Shown piece by piece: positions 51,489 to 64,000 of a DNA stretch of 64,000 bases. The number at the start of each line of letters is the position of its first letter. Position 1 is the stretch's first letter. The stretch lies in the NCBI GenBank assembly GCA_001643675.2, contig LSRY02000050.1, positions 558,001 through 622,000 of the forward strand, read 5' to 3'. The translations under genes and the position numbers were made by a program. The DNA is from Monocercomonoides exilis PA203. Taxonomy: Eukaryota; Protista; Preaxostyla. The notes below the pieces were generated by a model that was not told the origin of the DNA, searched no databases, and was given only the letters and a program-made list of their open reading frames with translations.

Positions 51489-54400
51489 TCTGCTTGTTTC
51501 AAAAAATCTTCAAAAATAGGGGCAAAGTCTTGTTAATAACAAAATAAAACACAAATACAAACAACATTGATTATCTCGCAAAATAAAAAAGATTGCAATA
51601 CAAACAGTTAAATTTTTGTTATATAAAAAAGCGTTAAAGATATTGCGAAGAAGCCTCAAGGATTGGCTGTATAAGGCCAGAAATGGAAAATTTTTGTTTC
51701 TTTTTGATCAAAACCAACAATTTATTTGAAGAATATTGTTTTTTGAAAAATTAATTAACTCTTTGACTCACATATTTCTGTCCAACGGAATTAATAGCAA
51801 ATACTTGAATGACGAGGAAAAGAAATCTAGCAGATTGAATGAGCGAACGGAAGATGTTTTTGTTGTTTTTTTGTGAAGAAGAATGAGTCTGAAAACCAAA
51901 AATAGATGGTTGTTGAAGGTTTGACATATTTTGTGAATTGCTGCATTTTGAGCTCATTTGTCAATGGATCATTGGGTTGCGAAAGATGAAAAGAAATGAA
52001 ATTCAGAAAATCATCACAAATCGTCTGAACAAAAGAAAAGAAAAGAAAAGTTCTAGAATATGGAGAACATTCTTCTTGAGTGGCAGAAGATCAAGGTCCA
52101 ATGCTTCAAATGCAAAATAATCTTGTGTCATGAAGATAAAGAAGAAGACTAGCTTTAACGGAAATGATGGAGATTTTCAAGTTTGGTGAGAGTGAAACAT
52201 CAATTGAAATATTTTCATATTTTCTGATATAATAAAAAGATTTGAACATTTAAGGCCATTTTATTTACGATTGAACTGAGATTTGGAGAAGGCGGAGGAA
52301 TACGACTTTTCCATGAGATACACTCCAACAAGGTTATTCCTCAACAAATGAAATGGAGAATGGGGTTTTTGGAGGAAAGAAAGTTGTCCAATCAAATATC
52401 AGTTGCATTAGGATGAAGAGAGACAACAATTTTGAACAATACTCAGGCAATTCTTTTGTGTTGCTGCAATCTGCCATTGGAAAGTGTGAATATTCTCCAT
52501 TCATCTTCAACGTTGTCTGTCAAACATTGAGGAATTTGAAAAAAATAAATTCATCCGCTCAAATTTCAACTCAATCCCTCTTCTTTCTGGATTGATGCCG
52601 ATTCAAATAGGAGATTTCATTATCATTCAGAATCAACGCATATTCAACGAAATTCACCACTTGGCATTCCGTCAATCACATCTGATTCTTCTGAAGTGTC
52701 GGTTTTGCTGAAAAAAAACTCTATCCAAAATTGAGTTTCTCTTCCTCAACATGGCTGATCTTGCTCTTGTGTTTTTTGTGCATGCAGTGAATGTTTGTTT
52801 TTCAATTTCCCATCCATCAATCATCCATTTTTTTATTCATCTGAGAAGAATGCAAACGCAACTTCTTTTTCTTTTTTCATCTAAAGTTGCACACGAATTA
52901 AACATTGAGAGGCCATTGAAAAGAATAGAGCAATGATCAAAAGAGGAAGTTCCCCTGATGAAGATATTTGATGAAAAGGCTGAAGAAAAGAAGATAGTGA
53001 AACAGAGAGAAGAAAATGAAGAAGATGTTTCTTTCCAGATGATTTTCAGCCACAACAGTCTCAGTCAGGTTATCGAGAAAGTTGACGAGCTTTTTGTTTT
53101 TTTCATGATTTCTGTGAAAGGGAGATATTGAATGGAAGAACAACATTGAAAACAACCTTCTCAAAGGAAGTTGAGCGGAATGATTGAAGTGTGTTGTTTT
53201 TATTATGCTGAGGAAGACTGAAAAATATTGTTGAGATAATTTTAGGGAGAGAAAGATGGGGAAGATGATGATGCTGTTCATGACAAAGTTTTCGACGATG
53301 ATGAGGAAGATGGATGGACTTCATCCAAAAAGAAAGGATTGTTAGTGGAGCAGGGGAATTCTGGTTGTTGCACACAATAAATTGAAATTCACTGTTTGAG
53401 AAAGAGACGGAAGCGAAGATGGTGCAGAAGAGAAGGGAGAAGATCACTCTTTCTATTTGATTGGATTCAACAGACAAAACAAATATTCTGAAATGGTTTC
53501 TGATGAAGAAGAAAAAACGGAAGAGCGAAAGAAATCGCGATTTTTGACTGACGCTTTCTTTTTTCAGTCCATGTGTGTCTGTACCTTGAACATCATCGTG
53601 AAAGCACTATCTGTCTGAAAAATCATTATTTATTCAACTTACATTCAAAAAAAGAGTTAAAAGAATGTCAAATCAGACATCATTCAATTCTGTCTTTTTT
53701 TTTGCGCTTTTATGCAACTTAAGGAATTCAAGAGTTCACTGAACAAAACTGTTTTGAAGATACGAAAACAACAACAATAAACGTAAATGTTGCGCTCATT
53801 CAGAAGGAAATCAAAGCATTTTCATCAACATAAATGCAAATTGATACAGAACAGCTGGCTAAAATAGATTCGTAATTATCTGCTTCTTTATCCATTGGGA
53901 GTTGTCAAAAATCATTGTTTGTTGTTTGGCTTCATTTCCTTTGAACCTCTTGTTAGCTTCTCAAATGACAAAAAGAAATAGAAGGAGAGGATGAAAAACA
54001 TCTTCCACGGAAAAAAGTTTCATTTCCATTTGAATGAAAAGTCAATCACACGTTGAAATCCAATTTATTCGTATCAGTCACATGAAGATGATGAAAATGA
54101 ATAGGACGGATGAGAACAATTTGTTTTCTAAAAAAATGAGATGATGGAAAGGAAGAACAAAATAGAATGAAAAAGTTGATGCTTGTCAGTGTTAAGTATT
54201 TTTTATGGAAATAATAAACGATATCCTTTTTGCTTTGGAATTTGAGAGTTATTCCTGATGAAACAATCTGTTGGGATTCCCCAAAGAGTTTCATTTTTGC
54301 GAATTTCCTTATGAAGCAAAGTGTGTCATCATCTTGAATAAAAAATACTCTTCAATGGAAAAACTTTTTTATACAAGTGTATAAAATTCTGATAATTGAT

Positions 54401-54630
54401 CAATCAATAATTTTGAAGATATTCTTTGCTTTTCTTTGCATTATTAATCAACTCAAAATAAATAAATAAATAAATAAATAAACTTCGCTTTATTTTCCTT
54501 AATAAAAAAAAAATAATTAAATTAATAATTAAAAAATCAAAAACAATATTTTCTAAATTCATTAATTTTCTTAAACATTTATTAAATTTTTTATTTATTT
54601 ATTATTATTCTTCCTTTTATTTTCACTTCT

Positions 54631-55200
54631 TCATTTCTTCGAGGCAGAACGGGAAGGCCGCAAATAACCAGATGGAGCATAACCAGCAGCGATCGAAGAA
54701 GAAGGCGAATTGGATGGGCGAAAAGGGGCAGAAAGAGGACAAGAAGAAGAAGAAGAGGAAGAGGAAGAGGAAGAGGAAGAATTGCTAACATGGCGATGTT
54801 GAGAGGAAGAAGAGGAAGGAGAAACAGAAGAAGAAATTAAATTAGAAGTTGAAGAAGAAGAAGAAGAAGAAGAAGTTTGAGAAGAAGAAGAAGAAGAAGA
54901 AGAAGAAGAAGAAGAAGAAGAAAAAAGAGAAGAGGAAGAAAATTCATCATTTCCAAAAGTCGAACAGTTGAATGCTTTGTAAGTTGAAAAAGCAATCAAC
55001 AAAAAAACTGAAAAAGTTGAACAACAGAAAGTTGGCTCTAGTTCCTGAAGGCGAATCAAGGACGGTAGAGTCGCATTGGTGTGTGATTGAAAATTAGAGG
55101 CACTTCTCTCCGGTTTAGATTTCATAAGCCAACAAATCCAATTGAAAAAAAAGGGAATAGTGGAAAACAGATGAACACAGATGTTTGCTATTTGAATCAC
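54631..55200 (-). other. Ser-rich low-complexity ORF or gene fragment, unassigned
   Basis: Poly-S tract followed by a protein-like C-terminus (PFRPSNSPSSSIAAGYAPSGYLRPSRS); no ATG start or gene model. Confidence 0.25.
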
Positions 55201-56324
55201 AAAAATAGCAAAGTCGTTCCGTGTTGCAGTTCGAGAATAAAATGGCTATTCAAACAACAAAATTCTCAAATAAGAAGAAGCTGCTCTTCTTCACAGCCAA
55301 GCATTAAATATCATCAATGAAGAGATCGAAGGAGAAGGAAAAGGAGAAGAAAATGTGTTTTCTTCAAAAATACAACTTTAAATGGATTGTTCCTGAAAAT
55401 GATGCACAACATGAAAAAAAAGCTGTTCATTGGAATGGAAATAAAAAATGTATGAAATTAAAATAATTAGTTTTGCATTTATTTTGAAAATTCCTCAAAA
55501 GAACACACCTGTCCTTTCTATCGCAAATGCAGAGGATTGTTCAACCACTGATGCTGTCAATCTCCTTTTCCATTGTTTCTCAGTGCTTCTTTCTCGGTCT
55601 TCCTTTATTCCCACACAAACATTCTGCTTTTGATGTAATCATCCACTTTTTTTCTGAAAAAAAATTTTTTTGCATTTATTCTTTCCAAGTGCTGTAAAAT
55701 TGTTGACGTTCCTTTTCGCTCTCAACTAAATGCTTTTCAATCGAATTTGTTTTTCATCCCCTGCTCCAATTGAATTCAAAAAAATATGCAATTCCCATCT
55801 GATGACTGTATCTCGACATTCAGCACTTTTCTGATGCTCTCCTCAGAAAAACAAAGGAATTGGCCATTTTTTTATTTTATCAGATTCTTGCACTCTGAAA
55901 AGATGATTTATAAAAGAATCTTCAAAACAAACAAGAACAATAAAAAACGCATACACGCAAATATTTCGATTTTTAAAAAACAGTTGAATTTCCTTTAAAG
56001 ATGCTTTTCACAAAAATCGTCTCCCTCAATTCCATCATCAATTCCCCTCTTTCGCTGTCTCGTGCAACCTCTCAAAATAATATCGTCCATTCCGCAGAAA
56101 ATATTTGCTAACCGTCTCTCATTTCAACAAGGAATATTTTTGTTCTTTCAAATCAAATGATCTGAATGTCCATTACTGCAAACACAAAAAAAGATTTATC
56201 GTTTTTTCTTTGTTTGTTTGTTTGAAAAGACTTGTCAAATAACATTAACAACACAGAATGGTATAACAACTTATGCTTTCATGATTATTTTGAGTTTTTG
56301 TTTTGCGCCGATTTCTTCTTACCA

Positions 56325-57803
56325 ATGATATCTGAATTCAAATCAAATGACGAATTTTCGTTGTTTTCTGTCTGCGATGCATTTTCAAAAATGCAGTCAA
56401 CGAGTGCACCTGAAAGGTTTAATGGTTTGTGCTTGTTATTGCATTAAAATTCATGATTATTGTGATTTAATTAATTCTTTATTTATTTGAAGAATTGTTG
56501 TGTGAACTTGAACATTGCAATGAAGATGAGCAGAGAAAGAAAATCGGAGAAATGAATGAAATAGTTGATAGAATGCGTGAAGACGAACATAAATCTGTTT
56601 TCAGCACAGAATTGTATGATAAAATATACAAAATGATTGAAGAAAAGAAAATGACAATGGAAAATGCAATTTTGCTGCTGAAGCATGTAGGATATTGCGA
56701 TGTGCTGAAAAATTTTTGGAATCCATTCGTTGAAAAATCTTCATTGAGCAGAAGATTTGAAAAGATGATTTTTGAAGAGGAAAAGAAAGAAAAAAAGAAT
56801 GAAAATTTTCTGGTCGATCTTTGTGAATGCCATCTTTTTCTTAAAAACGGATCATCTTATGAATTACTTTCAATTTGTGTGCCTTGCCTTCTGAAAGCTG
56901 CCTCAAAGAAAGAGGAAAGCGAGGAGACTCAAAAAGAAGTGGAAATAGCATTGCTGGCTTTGTGTGAAATAGGATTTTTTGTATGGGCACTTCTTTTTCA
57001 TTTTTATTATGTTTGCTTTTTTTCCCCTTTATTTTTGATAGAATCTGAAACAAGAACAATATTTGAAGGATATTACAGAAATCATCAAACATCAGCAGAA
57101 ACACAGAAATCTCACAAAAATTGCTTATCAATCTGTTTGGGACTTTTTCATTCACCGATTTTGGTTTGACAATAGCTTGGAAGAAGTTATTGTGAATAAG
57201 ATGCATTTTGGAAGAGAAGCAGCAAGAGAACTGGAAGAGCTAACAAGAAATGTGAATTGGAAGAGAAAAGAAGTGGAACCAGGAAAAGAAACGAGAGAAG
57301 TGTTTATTTTGATGAGATGGCTGCAAACATTCTCGATTTATTTTCAAAGTTGTCGATTGAAGAATGAAGAAAATGTTGAGCTGCTCAAAAACATTGTTCA
57401 GGTGTATCGAGCAGCAAAAGGGAATAATGGAGTAATTTGCAATCTCTGCATTTCCTCCTTGAGAATTGCGGTGCAAAGAAGAGTTGTGAAAGTTGAAGAC
57501 TTGTTGAATGGAGGAGCTGTTGATACTGTTTTGGAGGAGATGCAGCGACCGAAGTTGAATGACAACATGGCGTATGAATGCTTTCAATTCCTTGTGAATG
57601 TTTCATATCGATTAAAAGGAAAGGAGAAAAGTGAAAATGATGAAATGAAAAGAAAGGCAATCAAAATGGAGATTTTTGAAAAGATGGAGGAAGAAGGATA
57701 CGAAGATACCATCACCACCTTTCATAAAATATTTGAATTTCTCAATAAAAAATATTTTAATGAGTTACCTTTTAATATTTCTGATTATTTTGTTTATGTT
57801 TGA
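56325..57803 (+). CDS. Family F copy 7, exons 56325-56424, 56493-56980, 57042-57803 (start approximate)
   Basis: GT-AG introns at the conserved positions and phases; family motifs present. Confidence 0.85.
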
Positions 57804-58199
57804 AGAAATACATTGTATTTTGTTACTCTTTATTTTCAGTTTTCTCATTTTTCATTCATTTCACAAAACAGAACAAAAATTTATTTTCATATGTTTGCTT
57901 AAAGTGATTTGTCATCCAGATTCATCAAAATGAAGTGAAGAAATAACAACAAAAAAAAGATTCAATTTTTGTTTTTCCAAATGAAAATAATAATAATAAT
58001 TAAAAATCATGAATATCTCCATTTTCTTCTTTCTTTCACCAAAGTTCTTCCCAAAATGAGTTGATAAACATTTTTTATTTCAAATTCTTTATTCATTCTT
58101 TTGATTGTTTTGAGAAAAACAACCTCTTTTCAGCTCATTGGCAAAAAGAAAATTGTGTTTTCTCAATGCTTCCTTTGCTTTCAGGGAATATCAGAAACC

Positions 58200-59240
58200 C
58201 TCAGTGAATGTTGAAAAGGCAACAAAAACAGCAAACAACGATGTTGATGCTGTTTCAAGTGAAGAGAAACATTCAACCCAAACGCTTTCCTCTGCCTGTT
58301 TATTCATTCTTCATCATTTCCATTTCCAAAAGCTATTACTATCCGTTTGCAGCATCTGAAGGAAACAAAAATGTTTAATTTGAAAATCGGAGAAGAGGAA
58401 GATATTCTGATGGGAGTTTTGATGCATCCCTTGAAGATTGAAAGAGAAAGAGAGAAGAATAAAAAAAATCAATATCGAATTGTTCATTTGAGTTGATGGA
58501 CTTTTTGTGAAGAATTTCAAGTTTGAAATGCTTCTTGAATTGGAAGAAGAAGAAGAAGAAAACAAAAATAATGGAATTAAAGTTGAGAATTCTGAAGAAG
58601 AAGATGATAAAGAATTTGAAATAGAAGAAGGTGAAGAGGAAGAAAAGAAGGAAGAGGAAGAAGAGGAAGAAAAAGATGAAGGAGAAGAAAAGTATAAATG
58701 ACTTTTACGCTTTGATGAACTTTTTTGTTGGGGTGATAAGTCTAAATCTGGAAAAGGCTTTTCGAATTTTTTGTCAGCTATGATTATTTATCTGTTGTTC
58801 TTCATTTCTTTTGTTGAATATGGTTTTTTCTCTATTATTTTTTGAGGAACTATACATCTCGACGAAGCCCAAGACTGAATAATGAAACATCATGCTCTCT
58901 GTTTGGAACAGCATAAGTTACAAAAAGTGCTTCGAACGGAGTCCAAGAAGAAGCAGCAACTTTTATTTTTGTACAATAAGTAGAATGTTGGCCGTCATAT
59001 AGATTTTTTGCATCTATCATTTTAATGAGTGAAGTTGGTACCTTAATCGTTGTTGCGTCAACAAGCAACTCAATGTGTGGAAATTCTTCAGTTGTGATTG
59101 ATGGAGGGAGAGGAGGATATGAATTCATATTGATAAGTTCATCAAGTTAATGAATATGAACTTCAATTGTGCTGTTGGACACCACGGATTGCGAAAGTCA
59201 AAGAAAAAAAAGATTTTTCCTCAGTGGTGTTGTCTGGAAA
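58200..59240 (-). pseudogene. Degraded DDE_Tnp_4 (PIF/Harbinger/ISL2EU-like) transposase
   Basis: Motifs in the correct order across frameshifts: LLVDAT, YDGQH..Y.TK, EHD.SLF, IIADK, LITP.KK, then NKQ....VWVECF (E at ~58272); a low-complexity insert lies between. Confidence 0.6.
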
Positions 59241-60959
59241 CCAAAAAAAAAAAAATAAATAAATAAATAAATAAATAAATAAATATCTCCAATTTATCAA
59301 GAACAGTGATTTTTTTTTTGTCTTTTTCTCGGATCAAATTGAAGAACAGATGATATTTGATTCCCTAATACAACAAGACTTTCAGGTGATAATTGTTAGA
59401 AATTTTTTTTCTTGATTTTGGATAAACATTTCAAAAATAAATCCGAATGTGTCGGAATCACTTTCACTGCTTTCCTCTAATTCGAAACATTTTTCAATAT
59501 TTTTTGTGTCTGTTTTCTTTTTTGATGAAAAATATCATGATCCGGTAGTGTATCTGTTATTAAACAATGACCTTGTCACACATTTTGTTGGTTCTGGACG
59601 ATTGAGATTTTTTTGTTAAACAATAACGATTCTGAGCGATGAAAAAAAGAAGATTTCGAAGTGAAAACGCATTCTTCCGATGGTTCAGAAATAATTTCTT
59701 GTTGACAAATGATATTGAAAGAAGATGAACAAAATAGTTAAGCAACTTTCAAAGAACTCTTGTTTTCGATTATCAAATGATTTGATGATTGATCAAGAGT
59801 AACACTTGAAAGCGAGTGAAGAGATTCCATTGATGAATTGAGGAAGGAAGAACTGCAATGTTGTTTCATGGAAACTTTTTTTATTGCATTTCTGTGAGAA
59901 TGTCATATAGAAAAGTGAATTTTTTTACCAAGCAATTATTGTTATTAAACTCTTTTTAATCCATTTCTTGGAAAGGGAATCATTAATAAACAAGTGCACT
60001 ATACCAAAAGTGAAAAGTGTGCATGATAAAACTTGTGTTTGCGTCAAAATATGGGTAATTCTTTTTGAAAAGTCGCTACAGATCAAAATATTGTCCCATC
60101 GCAGTAAATATAAATACACTCCGTGACCATTATTCAACATTTGTTTTTCATATTTTAAATTTGTGTTTTTTTTATCATGAAAAACAAAAGGATGGAAAAA
60201 AAAACTGTTTTCAAAAATTTTTGAATATTGCTTTTTGATCAATTTTGTAAATTTGATTTAATGGTGATATTACAATTTTTATTTGTCATTGCACTTGCTT
60301 CTTTGCAACACATTTGTGGTGTAATCGATTTCAAGAGTTTATGAATTGAAAAATCAGTTTGATTTATCAAATACTAAATTTTATAGTTGTTGTGTTTATC
60401 TACTTTTAGAGAAAAGCGATTACGTTGGGTACGGACGAATCAAGTTTTTATTTCAAATGGACTATTCTGCATTTTCTGTTTCATGTGTGAAAGAGGATTT
60501 GTTCAAATTTTAATTCAAAATTACATCTGCGGAACATTGTTTAATTACTGCTTTTTTCCATTACAATGCATGCTTAAAAGGCAGACATGACGCTGTTCTC
60601 CAAAATTCTTCAGCTTATAACAAGTGATTCCACATGCTATTTAACAAGGAAAACATCAAAAGGAGAAAGTGCAAAATATAACTCAGTTGATATGAGTGAA
60701 CAGCTTAATTTCAAATGAGGAAGAATTAGATTCGTTTCATTGGTTCAAACACAACCAAATGAAAATGATTCATTCACTTCCTCTACAACATCCACACAAC
60801 ACCAGATGACAATCCACCAACACCTTTGATTCCATCTGACAAATTAATTCTTCACACATTTTCATATGGCGAATATTTCGATCCGAAGTATCACAGATCA
60901 TTAGCTCCTGATTACGTCTTTTTGGTGTTGAGAAAAGGAGAAAAAGGTACAGAAAGATA

Positions 60960-63450
60960 TTTGTTTGTTCATACTCCAACTTCGCATTCTTTTTAGAACG
61001 AACAAACAAGAAGCGACATCATTCGTAGAGAAGAGACAACTGATAACGAGAAAATTGAGCACAGTGAGAACACAACAGCATAAGATTCTTCTTTCTATAA
61101 AGCAACAGGAAATGAAAGAAATGAAGGAAATTCATCAAACGAAAACAAAGTGAAAGAAGGAAGTGCCTTGATTGCAGCTGTTCAGAGAGAAGTTGAACAG
61201 AAAGGAGAGAGAAGCAACTCTTATACTCAGATTGACATCGCTTGCATTGAAATAGGCAGCATACCAAAGGTGACAAAACACATTCTATCAACACTCACTT
61301 CTTATGTGATGATGTTTACAGACATTTCTAATATTGTCATTTTTTTGGAGATTTAGAACAACACAAGGCAACTGATCACAACAAATTTCACAGAGATTTG
61401 TACTTATCTAAATTCAGATTCAGATTCATATTCATATTCAGATACAGCAACGTCACAAACAACGATGACTGCCACAGTATCATCGAATTCTGCATCCCCT
61501 TCAACACCTTCTGCTTCACCACAATCTTCAATAGCAGACTTGTCGTTCAGCATTCTGCAAGAAATATTCTCGTCAGCTGCAGATGTTGAGCATTTCTTCC
61601 TGTTTAGCTACTCCTTTTCCTCCTCTTTCAAAGAAATGCCTCTTCTTTTCAATGGTTCAAATGATCAATTTACTCATTTCCTGCTATTTGAGTCAAGAAA
61701 AACAATGCATCGAATTATGCAGCAGCAGACAGAACTGCTTGTTATGAGAAAAGAGGAAATACTGAATGAGATGCAGACGCTGAATGAATGGCTCAGATTA
61801 GTTGATTTGAGTGAAGTCCTCCGCATTCGCTTGACAAAAGAGGAGGAAGAATTGGAAAGAGCCATTCCACCAAATGTAATTGTTACAGGTTTCGCCAAAG
61901 CAAAGTTTGCCCAACTGCAATTCTTGTTTGAACTTAATTCTGCTGACAAATGGAGATGAACAGATTGTCCCAAAAATGTAATTCAGAAACTGATAAAGCT
62001 GATTTGCTTGCTTCATTTCCAGCTTTTCTTGGTACGCAAAAGTATCGTCATTGTTATGGATGTTCTTGTGAACATTTCAACAGACAACTTGGGTGTGTCT
62101 ATGCTAAAGATATCTGAATTCTCAGAAATGGCAGGTGCTCAGATGATTGCACAAGGCGGGAACTACGAATGGCTCTGCGAAATATTCTCAGAGCGGGAAA
62201 AAGCGAAGACAGAAATCAAAACAAGGAGGAGCACTTTGCAGACGAATAGAAACGATGAAGGAAAAGGCACTGCCAATGAGTCAGACGAAGCACCACAAAA
62301 TGAGAAAGCCACATCTTCTGATGGAAAAAGTGTGCATTCAGGAAAAGTGACAGAATCACAATACAAGGCAAACATTGCGTTGCGGTTTATGGAACTAGAA
62401 CATAATGAGAAGGATGCATTTTGATACAGAAAGAAAAGATTGCGGCAGTTTCCAGGTGCTGATTCTTGCTCACTCAAAGTTATTTTCTCACCTTCCGTAA
62501 TTGACATATTTGACTATCCAATTGATGCATTCGCGTGCGAGATATCGTCATCAATGCTCATAGAACAAGAAAAAAGAGCATCATATTTTGAGGCTACTCT
62601 CATTTTGATAGAGTCAATCATCACTTTCATCTATATCATGAGGAGCATGAGAGTGAATATTGAAGGACTCCCAAATGACCAAACAGAAGACGAAGAAAAT
62701 AACAACCAACAAGATGGAAACGAAGAAGTCGACAGGCATTATCATAAAGATGAATCGAGAGAAGAAGGAGTTGGAGTTGGAGTTGGAGAAGGAGGAGAAG
62801 GATCATTTGAAGAGGGAGCTATTGAAGACGAAATAGAAGAAGAAAGGCAAGAAGGAAGAGAAAGAGACGGAGAAGGAGAGCGAGCCAAAAAGAGAAAAAA
62901 GGAAGGCATTGGAAATGAAGATGGAGACAAAATTGAAATAAAGCCTCAACAACAACCACACAAAGAAGTTGAATGCAAAGAAACAAAAAATGCAACTTGT
63001 TTTGAAGGCACTACTGTTCTGCGGACGAGCGATCTTAACGAGTTTATTACACAGCATACACACTATCGACCAGAAAACTTTGCAGAGAAGAATTCTTCAG
63101 TTGCGGTCGAAGCGTTTCAAACTCTTTCAGAGATACAACACAAGTCGTCAGAAAATAAGAAAGCCGAAGAAAGTCAACAAGAAGACAACGAAAATGCTTT
63201 GACATTTTTCAATGAAGCAGAAAGAATGAGATTAAATAGCTGAATAGCAACTGTGGAAGAGAATGTTTGATTGTTGAGCCTGTTGTTGGGAATACAGAAG
63301 CTGAAGTGATGAAATACACAAGCGAGTGGGATCAACGTCATTCAGAAAGAGAAAAAGAAAGAGAAAGGAAAAGAAAGAGAACGGGATATGATTTGGGTTC
63401 ATCTTTGGCATTTCAAACAAACTATACAAGCCATCTTGACAGCATAACGT
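60960..63450 (+). pseudogene. Fragmented coding-like region (helical, with an acidic tract), product unknown
   Basis: Consecutive + strand protein-like ORFs (61150, 61465, 62008, 62440, 63267) broken by stops or frameshifts; no clear intron model. Confidence 0.4.
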
Positions 63451-64000
63451 AGAGAGAAAGAAGATGGATGATGTGGGAAGGAAAGGTGCTTCAAGTTGTT
63501 TGCCGCAAAGTTGATGAGCCTCCAGTGTCAACAATACGTGAAACTAACATGAAAAGATTACAGGAATACTTGATTAAAAAGAGAAAGAAAGAAAATGAAC
63601 AAAAGTTGACGAATATTAAAAATTAACTTTCGAGCAAGTTTTTTGGTTCACAAAAGAAGCCATACAAAGATGAGGAAGTGAAATCCACCAGCAGATTTAC
63701 ACTTGCAAACGAAGAGGTTTCAGAATTGTGTGCGAATAATAACGGGGAGATTCCAACAAAAGAATGCATTCAAGAGCTTACAAAAATAAGTGCAATACAT
63801 CCCACTGTTCAGAATCAGAGCGGAGGTTACTATGAAATCCACAGATTCACTCGCTTACCTGATTCTTCACCTTCTGGATATATCTGTGATTTTATCATTC
63901 CTATTCTTACGGCTGGCCCTCGCTCCACATTCTGTTATGCGCTTTTTACTCTTCCGCTTTCTATTTCTGAGGTTCTTTCTTCGAAGATATCGTTAAAGCC

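Noticed and set aside
51940-53600. Coding-like sequence upstream of family F copy 6
   Set aside because: Only short ORFs with no recognisable motifs or consistent splice model; probably decayed sequence

Overview
AT-rich eukaryotic genomic DNA with short spliceosomal introns, the standard genetic code, and abundant poly-Ser/Glu tracts and microsatellites. Gene style and content suggest an oxymonad (Monocercomonoides-like) genome; this is an inference. Housekeeping genes: a p24/emp24 cargo receptor, an ELAPOR/KIAA1324-like receptor, an ICMT/PEMT-family methyltransferase, tRNA-Ser(GCT) and RPB9. There is also a type I surface protein and a six-exon CxxxC-rich protein. Seven dispersed copies of an uncharacterised three-exon, ~440-aa helical protein family (called F here) share intron positions; several also share flanking non-coding modules and have patchwork-mosaic coding sequences. 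Mobile DNA: an apparently intact ~5.0 kb DIRS-type tyrosine-recombinase retrotransposon (ITRs, internal complementary region, gag-like, RT-RNaseH-MT and overlapping YR ORFs), a 2.06 kb pogo-like DD35D transposon with an intron and one premature stop, a 406 bp fold-back MITE, and degraded PIF/Harbinger-like transposase remnants. Best leads for novelty: the mosaic multi-copy family F, the DIRS element with non-canonical recombinase and methylase motifs, and the purine/pyrimidine complementary repeat architecture shared by long introns and in-frame exon inserts. All family assignments are motif recognition by eye; no database searches were run.
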